In this document: piece after piece, positions 58,011-64,000 of the stretch
Position numbering within the stretch: position 1 is the stretch's first letter
Layout of the letters: every line of letters starts with the position of its first letter
From: an uncultured Nitrososphaerota archaeon
GTDB lineage: Archaea > Thermoproteota > EX4484-205 > JAAOZO01
DNA length: 64,000 bases
NCBI GenBank assembly: GCA_964408285.1
Contig: CAYOYV010000001.1
Span: forward strand, 64,001-128,000
Direction of reading: 5' to 3'
Position numbers and translations under genes: made by a program
The notes under the pieces: generated by a model
What the model was told of the DNA's origin: nothing
The model's input: only the letters and a program-made list of their open reading frames with translations
The model's database searches: none

Positions 58011-59273
58011 TCATTTTTCTCCTCCATGTTGTGATAATTCTATACCCTTCGATACAAGCTTGAACTGTCCAGACTCTCTGTCAATGTAAATGGATATTAT
58101 CAATCCTTTCTTAACGGCAGGGTCTCCTTTCGCTCTATATCTCCAATGGGGATCATTCCACGTGGCTATATGGGCCAACAACTGTTGTTTTGTCCTGTTG
58201 CTCTCCGGGTCTTGGCGCATATCCAGTTCAGACACTGTTGTTAACTTGACCTCACATCCAATGAACTCGTGATTAGAATATCCAGAAACGTCGAAGATGT
58301 CGAACCTCTTATCGCCCTGCCCAGGGATATTGTTTGAAGTCGTCGCGATACGTAAGGCTTTGAAATCACTTTTCCTGAGGACTTCCTCAGCTATCTTGCA
58401 TCCTGCCTTTCCTTTTTCGAAGCTGCTGAATCCCCTTGCTTCCTTGAATAGATCAGTTGAGACATAACCCTCACAAGAGTCCAGATTCCCTTTGGTTATT
58501 CTGACATTTTCGACGTATTCCAAAGCAATAGCGCGTTTGCGTTCGTGCGTACCTTTCTTGTATGTCAAAACAAGCTCTTTCAAGGGGTCATTGTAGTGAA
58601 TGGCGAGTATCTCACGTGCCTGTTCTGCGATTATTTCAGATTTCGCTATACCGTAGCCCTCGTACTCAATCTTCAGAACATGCTCATTCCCGAGGTAGTC
58701 TTTGATTAGTAGTTTGGCGTAGGCTACGGTTGCACCGCCCGGTTCCCAACCGAATTCAGTTATCTTGGCCTGAATCTCGCGGGAATCCACAACGATGCGA
58801 ATCCCACCCTCGGCTATTTTGAGCTTGAATGGCAGACCCGCCTTGTCGGCTGCTTCGAGGAATCCAATTGCATTGATCTTTCTCACACTCGCTTCGACTT
58901 TTTCTCCAGGTCCCCCAATCCATTCGGGAACTGAGTGCTTATGTCTCTCTTTGTCCGGGCCATACTCTCTGTATACCCTCTTACTATCAGCTCCTATTTC
59001 AAAGATACATTTCTTCTGGCCCAGGTATTTTTGCAAACTCTCCTTTGGAATCTCCGCGTACAGGTATCCATCGGAACCACGATATGCGATAATCCCTACT
59101 CTGATGCCGTAGGGATAATCGATCAATCTGTTGAGTTCCTCCCGGAGTTCTTCTGGACTAGCCCCTGCCAGGTTCAATTCACGAGCTGTCTTGTCAAATA
59201 TTCGAGCCAGTTCTTCGCGTCTTCTTTCCGCTCTTCTCTTTATGTTCAGAAGTTCGCCAAGTTGCCCCATCAA
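58011..59273 (-). CDS. hypothetical protein with putative C-terminal PD-(D/E)XK nuclease domain
   Basis: KGKAGCKIAEEVL helix, then FDIFD...IGCEVK...KQQL, the order expected for a restriction-endonuclease-fold active site. Confidence 0.6.
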   Translation of the reverse strand: MMGQLGELLNIKRRAERRREELARIFDKTARELNLAGASPEELREELNRLIDYPYGIRVGIIAYRGSDGYLYAEIPKESLQKYLGQKKCIFEIGADSKRVYREYGPDKERHKHSVPEWIGGPGEKVEASVRKINAIGFLEAADKAGLPFKLKIAEGGIRIVVDSREIQAKITEFGWEPGGATVAYAKLLIKDYLGNEHVLKIEYEGYGIAKSEIIAEQAREILAIHYNDPLKELVLTYKKGTHERKRAIALEYVENVRITKGNLDSCEGYVSTDLFKEARGFSSFEKGKAGCKIAEEVLRKSDFKALRIATTSNNIPGQGDKRFDIFDVSGYSNHEFIGCEVKLTTVSELDMRQDPESNRTKQQLLAHIATWNDPHWRYRAKGDPAVKKGLIISIYIDRESGQFKLVSKGIELSQHGGEK

Positions 59274-59302
59274 TCGTCGATACTCCTAAAGCCTTGATCG
59301 AG

Positions 59303-59410
59303 TGCGGCGTCCGGGAGTTTCGGGCAACAGACTGTCTTTCGGACCCGGGACTACTAGCTTTCGTCTTAGATTGGAAGGCTAGTGTCATAACCAGACTAGA
59401 CCAACGCCGC
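59303..59410 (-). tRNA. tRNA-Gly(UCC) with two introns (37/38 and 59/60)
   Basis: Acceptor GCGGCGT/ACGCCGC + A73; anticodon stem CTAGC/GCTAG with TCC at 59375-59373; T stem CCGGG/CCCGG; 12-nt insert 59371-59360 and 21-nt insert 59337-59317 in BHB-like geometry; 75 nt after removal. Confidence 0.85.
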
Positions 59411-59535
59411 ACGCTTCTACGTCGCTTCTGGCATTACATATGTCTTATGTTTCACCGTCTCTCGTTACCTTGTGGAATCCCGTTCTGGAGACATCCACAT
59501 GAAGAAATCCCACTTCTCTTCCACCGGGCGAGATC

Positions 59536-60201
59536 TCAGATCTTCAGGCCTGAGACGAAGAAATTCGCTCCTGACACGAAGATATCTCTCCAGATGAGGC
59601 CGCCAGAATCAAGCAGATACTGCCATTGTCCTAATTCACAGCGGTAGTAGAGCCTTTCGATTGTCTCTTCCCGCTTCCTCCAAGTCACCCAGATCATATC
59701 TCCTCTTTTTCTCGAAACCCTCGATCTCATGATCGCCACCGGAGCCCAAATGGAAGCGGTTATTTTCCCCAGGTTCTTTGAGCTTCTAATGATTTCAGAT
59801 ATTGCCTTGGCGTGATCCAAGCTGGAGAGGTGATGCAACGCAGCCATGCAAACGGACAGATCGAAGGCGCCTTCCCTGAAGGGCAGACTCGCTATGTCCG
59901 CCGCAACCAGATGTATCTTGTGCCTGATGTTTTGTGATTTGGCTTTGGTTCCGGCAAGTTCCAGCATTCTAAGGCTGAGGTCCAGACATACTAGCTCCTT
60001 GCTTATCTCATCGAGGATGGGTAGATTGGTTCCTGGTCCGGATCCGTAGTCGCATGAAATCGCATATGACCCAGCCGTCAATATCCTCTCCAATTCCGGG
60101 AAGGATTTCGACCTAAGTCTAGCGTAGTCACAGGAAAGGACATCATAGGCCTCCATAACGCTGATCCTGTCTGCCAACCGCCCTGATTCAGCTGACGGCA
60201 T
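59536..60201 (-). CDS. Trm9/ALKBH8-like class I SAM methyltransferase
   Basis: AYD.L..DY...R, DYGSGPG, LPF..GAFD..VCMAALHH, SIWA, V.W...ERLYY; start trimmed to avoid overlap with radA (60201, or 60177/60156). Confidence 0.65.
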   Translation of the reverse strand: MPSAESGRLADRISVMEAYDVLSCDYARLRSKSFPELERILTAGSYAISCDYGSGPGTNLPILDEISKELVCLDLSLRMLELAGTKAKSQNIRHKIHLVAADIASLPFREGAFDLSVCMAALHHLSSLDHAKAISEIIRSSKNLGKITASIWAPVAIMRSRVSRKRGDMIWVTWRKREETIERLYYRCELGQWQYLLDSGGLIWRDIFVSGANFFVSGLKI

Positions 60202-60205
60202 CCGC

Positions 60206-60218
60206 TTATAATTTATAT
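60206..60218. promoter_or_regulatory. candidate bidirectional TATA box between radA and the methyltransferase
   Basis: TTATAATTTATAT in the short divergent gap, about 26 nt before the radA ATG (leaderless geometry). Confidence 0.5.
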
Positions 60219-60244
60219 CCAAGCTGAATCCCTCATCCCCATAC

Positions 60245-61234
60245 ATGCCAGCCAAGAAAGGAGAGGAATCAGAGAAATCGAGATTCGAAAGCCTAGAAGA
60301 GATTCCAGGAGTCGGCCCGGCCACGGTAGCAAAGCTGAAGGAGATTGGATATTCCACAGTAGAATCCCTTGCCACAGCCTCTGTAATCGAGCTGGTGAAG
60401 GCAGGAATCTCGGATAAGGTTGCAGCGAGAATCATTTCTCAGGCGAGGCAAGGCATTCAGATAGACTTCACGACTGCTCTAGAAGTCCTCGAGAAAAGGA
60501 AGGAGATCAAGAGAATAACAACTGGTAGCAAGGCACTGGACGAGTTATTAGGAGGTGGGGTTGAGACGATGGCGATAACAGAATTCTTCGGAGAATACGG
60601 CACGGGTAAGTCCCAGATCTGTCACCAACTGTGCGTGAACGCTCAGCTCCCGCCCGAGAAGGGGGGACTTGATGGAAGCGTTCTCTACATCGATACGGAG
60701 AACACCTTCAGACCGGAAAGGATAATAACAATGGCATCGAATGTGGGGCTAAATCCAGAGCAAACTCTGAAGAGGATAATAGTGGCAGATGCATACAATT
60801 CTGATCATCAGATTCTTGTCCTGGAGAAGTCCGATGAGATCATAAAGAGGAATGATGTCAAGCTTGTCATAATCGATTCCTTGACAAGCCACTTCAGGAG
60901 CGAGTATCTTGGAAGGGAATCGCTTGTGACGAGGCAACAGAAGCTCAATGCTCACCTGCACAGACTGGAAAGGTTAGTGGTCGCATTCAATCTGGTAGCT
61001 GTGGTTTCAAACCAGGTGATGGCGAAACCAGACGAGTTCTTCGGACTAGGAGCATACCCAATCGGTGGCCACGTTCTGGGCCATAGGAGTCACAACAGAA
61101 TTTTCGTCAGAAAAGCGGCTGGAGGAAAAGGAAATAGAGTGGCCAGACTAGTGGTGAGCGTGGATAGGCCTGAAGGCGAAGCAATGTTCAGGATCGACGA
61201 AAAGGGAATATCTGATGCCGAGGAAGTAGAGTAA
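60245..61234 (+). CDS. radA: DNA repair and recombination protein RadA
   Basis: HhH N-domain PGVGPAT; F.TA; GEYGTGKSQ; YIDTENTFRPERI; IDSLTSHFRSEY.GR; RQQKL. Confidence 0.97.
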   Translation: MPAKKGEESEKSRFESLEEIPGVGPATVAKLKEIGYSTVESLATASVIELVKAGISDKVAARIISQARQGIQIDFTTALEVLEKRKEIKRITTGSKALDELLGGGVETMAITEFFGEYGTGKSQICHQLCVNAQLPPEKGGLDGSVLYIDTENTFRPERIITMASNVGLNPEQTLKRIIVADAYNSDHQILVLEKSDEIIKRNDVKLVIIDSLTSHFRSEYLGRESLVTRQQKLNAHLHRLERLVVAFNLVAVVSNQVMAKPDEFFGLGAYPIGGHVLGHRSHNRIFVRKAAGGKGNRVARLVVSVDRPEGEAMFRIDEKGISDAEEVE

Positions 61235-61247
61235 GGATATCAGCGAG

Positions 61248-62537
61248 CTAAGGAATCAATCTAGCTTTGTCCCTTGGATAGAGCACAACTTCCCTTATGT
61301 TCTGCAGGCCAGTTAGCGCCATCATGAACCTGTCGAAGCCTAATCCCCACCCAGCATGCGGCGGCATTCCGATCTCAAAGAATTTTAGGTGTTCCCTGAA
61401 GCCATCAGGATCTAGTCCGCATTCAATGATTCTCGACCTTAGTCTGCTCAGGTTCTCCTCGCGACTACCTCCGGAGCAAACTTCAAGTGTGTCACACATG
61501 AAATCGAATGAATCAGTAAGATCGCTTGCCTCCTTGACCTTTATGTAGAACGGTTTTGCCTTCTTCGGCCAATCTGTGATGAAATATAGTCCGCTGAGTC
61601 CTTCTATCTGTTTGAGATGTTCTGATGAGAGATCCTCTCCATATCTAGCGTGCATACCCCGGGCCACTATCCTGTCGAAGATCTCGTCATATCGATATCT
61701 CGGAAAAGGCAAACTGAGATTCCTCCACCCTTTTCCAACTGCTTTGTTGGTAGGTTCGTTGGCCAGAATGCTTTGGACAACACTCATCACCATCTTTTCG
61801 AGAAGATCCATCATGTCATTGTGATCGGCGAAAGCTGCTTCCAGATCCATGGAGACAAACTCGTTCAAATGCCTAGTCGTGTCAAAAGGTTCCGCCCTGA
61901 AGAATGTGGCTATTTCGAACACCCTTTCAAGGCCAATCGTCAATTGCTCTTTGTACAACTGCGGGCTCTGGGCCAGGAATGCCTTAGTATCAAAGTAGTC
62001 AAGCGAGAAGAGATTAGCGCCCCCCTCGGTCGCTTGGGCAATCAATTTAGGGGAGACGACTTCCACAAAGCCATTTCCAACTAGGAATTCTCTGATGTGT
62101 CTCAGCACATCTGAATAGAGTCTGAAGATTCTTCTGGTCTGAGGCCGCATGAGGTCAAGGGGTCTGAAGTCGAGCCTTACATCCAGCCCCGCCTCTATTT
62201 CACCCGTGACATCCAATGGCAATGGATGCCTTGCTTTGGTCAAAACTACCACTTCCGTTGGCGAGATCTCCAGACCACTCCTTGCTATGGAGCTCTTCCT
62301 GACCCTCCCCGATACCATGAAAACATCGTTTTGCCTCAGGGAGGAAAGGGTCTCGCCGAGTTCTTGCGATCCCTCGTCACTCTTCCAGGTAACTTGGACC
62401 TCGCCCGTCGAGTCAGCCAGAACAACGAATTTTATATGACCAAGGTCCCTGCTCTCTCTGACCCACCCGGCAATCTTGACCTCTTGCCCTTCTCCTGCTG
62501 ACGCCAAGTCCGAGGCTGCGTGTGACTTGTACTTCAT
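61248..62537 (-). CDS. aspS: aspartate--tRNA(Asp/Asn) ligase, archaeal type
   Basis: OB-fold AGWV...RDLG; ATEGGA.LF; LAQSPQLYK; FRAE; RHLNEF; GMPPHAGWGLG.DR. Confidence 0.95.
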   Translation of the reverse strand: MKYKSHAASDLASAGEGQEVKIAGWVRESRDLGHIKFVVLADSTGEVQVTWKSDEGSQELGETLSSLRQNDVFMVSGRVRKSSIARSGLEISPTEVVVLTKARHPLPLDVTGEIEAGLDVRLDFRPLDLMRPQTRRIFRLYSDVLRHIREFLVGNGFVEVVSPKLIAQATEGGANLFSLDYFDTKAFLAQSPQLYKEQLTIGLERVFEIATFFRAEPFDTTRHLNEFVSMDLEAAFADHNDMMDLLEKMVMSVVQSILANEPTNKAVGKGWRNLSLPFPRYRYDEIFDRIVARGMHARYGEDLSSEHLKQIEGLSGLYFITDWPKKAKPFYIKVKEASDLTDSFDFMCDTLEVCSGGSREENLSRLRSRIIECGLDPDGFREHLKFFEIGMPPHAGWGLGFDRFMMALTGLQNIREVVLYPRDKARLIP

Positions 62538-62545
62538 TCTCTTAG

Positions 62546-63040
62546 CTAGTCGCTCTGAAAGGATATATTAATCGTCCTCCCATACGCTAGACTGAGAACT
62601 TCAGAAGGCCCCTCTGGGTCTTGGCCAATCCGACCTGAAACCTTGATTGTGGTGACACTTGTCCCATCTGGCAACCACGATTGCCTTATCGATGCGATCT
62701 TGGCCGGATAGAAGAGCCTCTGTGTTAGACTCTGAAGCTGCTCTCCTTCCTCAAAGAAGAACGATTGCCTGGCGAGGGCATTTGTCAGCGCTTCTTGGAT
62801 GTCTTTCATATGTGGGGATATCCTCTGAACCGACCCTCTTGAGAGCTTGATCAACGTGACCTGTTTCCCTTCATATGATTTGAGAAATCTGGTCTCCTTC
62901 GATTCTGGGACCCAGTGAAGAAGTATCTTGCTTATCGCAAGATCGGTCTCAGACATTTCTCCATTGGATATCATCCGCCTGCACTGCTGGCATAGCACCC
63001 CTGTCCTAAGGCAGAAATCATGGAAGGGAGTCTTCATCAT
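62546..63040 (-). CDS. archaeal NusA-like KH-domain paralog with N-terminal metal-binding motif
   Basis: KTPFHDFC..TGVLC..C, G..SE.D, LFYPA.I, WLPDG; first ligand is His rather than Cys. Confidence 0.7.
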   Translation of the reverse strand: MMKTPFHDFCLRTGVLCQQCRRMISNGEMSETDLAISKILLHWVPESKETRFLKSYEGKQVTLIKLSRGSVQRISPHMKDIQEALTNALARQSFFFEEGEQLQSLTQRLFYPAKIASIRQSWLPDGTSVTTIKVSGRIGQDPEGPSEVLSLAYGRTINISFQSD

Positions 63041-63343
63041 CTCGGCGACTCAATCCCCGTTAATATCCCTTGTCGGTAGCAGAACTCGTCCGCGTGCGAC
63101 GTGATACCCAAACCTCCCTATCATCTCGCGCTCAGGATCAACCCACTCTGAGGTCCTATCGGAGCATTATATGAGACCACTCCATATTCCGCAGCTTTTG
63201 ACTTCTTTGGAGAAGGTTAAGGGAGAATGCTGATGTGAATCACTATCCGGCACTAGATGCTCAACCTCCAAAGCGAGGGGATATGTCTCGACAGGCCCAC
63301 TTCAACGATAGGTTTTTAAGTCAATCAGAGCGATTTCTCCAAA

Positions 63344-63514
63344 ATGCCAATAGCAGATCCAATTCTGATCCAATTGGCTCAGTCAAGGAGGCTGTTCTTC
63401 AAAATATGCAGGAAGTGTGGAGCCAAGAACAGCATAAGCGCAGAGAAATGCAGAAGGTGCCACAGCTACAATCTCAGGGCAAAGAAGAGAATGCTGAAGG
63501 CCAAGAAGAAGTAG
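63344..63514 (+). CDS. rpl40e: 50S ribosomal protein L40e
   Basis: MPIADPILIQLAQSRRLFFKICRKCGAKNSISAEKCRRCHSYNLRAKKRMLKAKKK; TTTTTAAG box at 63313-63320; missed by ORF track (56 aa). Confidence 0.95.
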   Translation: MPIADPILIQLAQSRRLFFKICRKCGAKNSISAEKCRRCHSYNLRAKKRMLKAKKK

Positions 63515-63725
63515 AATCAGCGCTCGACTGGTCATGATGGATCGCTATTGTTTCTGTTTTGAACACCAGTTGATCATGACAGGGCAGGCAGAACACAAAG
63601 CGGCTTGCGGGAAATACCCATTGACCTGTGAGCAAAAACCTTTAACGGCCGCGTTCATCCAACAACCCTGAGAGATTCGAGGTATTGGAAATAGTGGGAA
63701 GGGACCGCGCTCTGATCTCTCTTTA

Positions 63726-63797
63726 GGGCCGGTGGTCTAGTGGTATGACGCCGCCCTCACACGGCGGAATTCGTCGGTTCGAATCCGGCCCGGCCCA
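63726..63797 (+). tRNA. tRNA-Val(CAC), intronless, CCA not encoded
   Basis: GGGCCGG/CCGGCCC acceptor + A; CCGCC-CTCACAC-GGCGG anticodon arm; GTCGG-TTCGAAT-CCGGC T arm. Confidence 0.96.
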
Positions 63798-64000
63798 CTG
63801 AATCCACTGATCCACCTGTCAGCACGCGTTCGCTAGGCCGGGGGCAAATTCGGCTGATCCCGCTTGCTTAGTGTTGCCACTCAATTGCCCTGTGAAAGTC
63901 GTCTTCGTGAACCAATCCCCTCTGACTGGCCAAGGATTAGTCTATGGATATATTTGCAGCCGCTCTTTTGCCATACTGGAGCGAAGTCGGCCATCTTCAG

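Noticed and set aside
60202-60435. N-terminal extension of the methyltransferase ORF
   Set aside because: Antisense to radA and spans the promoter gap
63235-63537. 100-aa ORF in the supplied track
   Set aside because: Out-of-frame shadow of rpl40e (63344-63514)
63832-64000. GCTAGGCCGGGGG resembling the 5' end of archaeal SRP RNA
   Set aside because: Downstream sequence shows no Alu-domain pairing or GC-rich helices, and no helix-8 motif lies within the window

Overview
This is an archaeal chromosome segment, probably from the TACK group (Bathyarchaeia/Brockarchaeota-like). The assignment is inferred from radA, rpl40e, Rpp21, a CdvB/ESCRT-III paralog, an archaeal AspRS and a two-intron tRNA. 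The first ~41.7 kb is an accessory carbohydrate-catabolism region: GH32, GH51, GH116, GH172, a DUF4038 apiosidase-like gene, a GH28 pseudogene, four Gfo/Idh/MocA dehydrogenases, TIM-barrel isomerases, two URO-D-fold proteins, hps/phi and a hyaluronan-synthase-like GT2. From ~41.9 kb it is mostly core genes: iscSU, PMM/PGM, R15P isomerase, GT4, galT, a KaiC-like ATPase, marC, rnp4, radA, aspS, a NusA paralog, rpl40e and tRNA-Val(CAC). The most notable stretch is 57.1-60.2 kb. There a Trm9-like methyltransferase precedes a tRNA-Gly(UCC) with BHB-type introns at 37/38 and 59/60 and a genomic C at the normally invariant U55. This is followed by a coupled PD-(D/E)XK-nuclease/partner gene pair (candidate toxin-immunity islet) and a GC-rich double-hairpin element upstream of rnp4. 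Other candidates are an orphan PqqD/RRE operon headed by a wHTH-DUF5752-like regulator, an ABC ATPase that has lost all catalytic motifs, and a possible exopolysaccharide locus. No CRISPR array, rRNA, transposase or integrase was recognised. All family calls come from reading motifs by eye; no searches were run.
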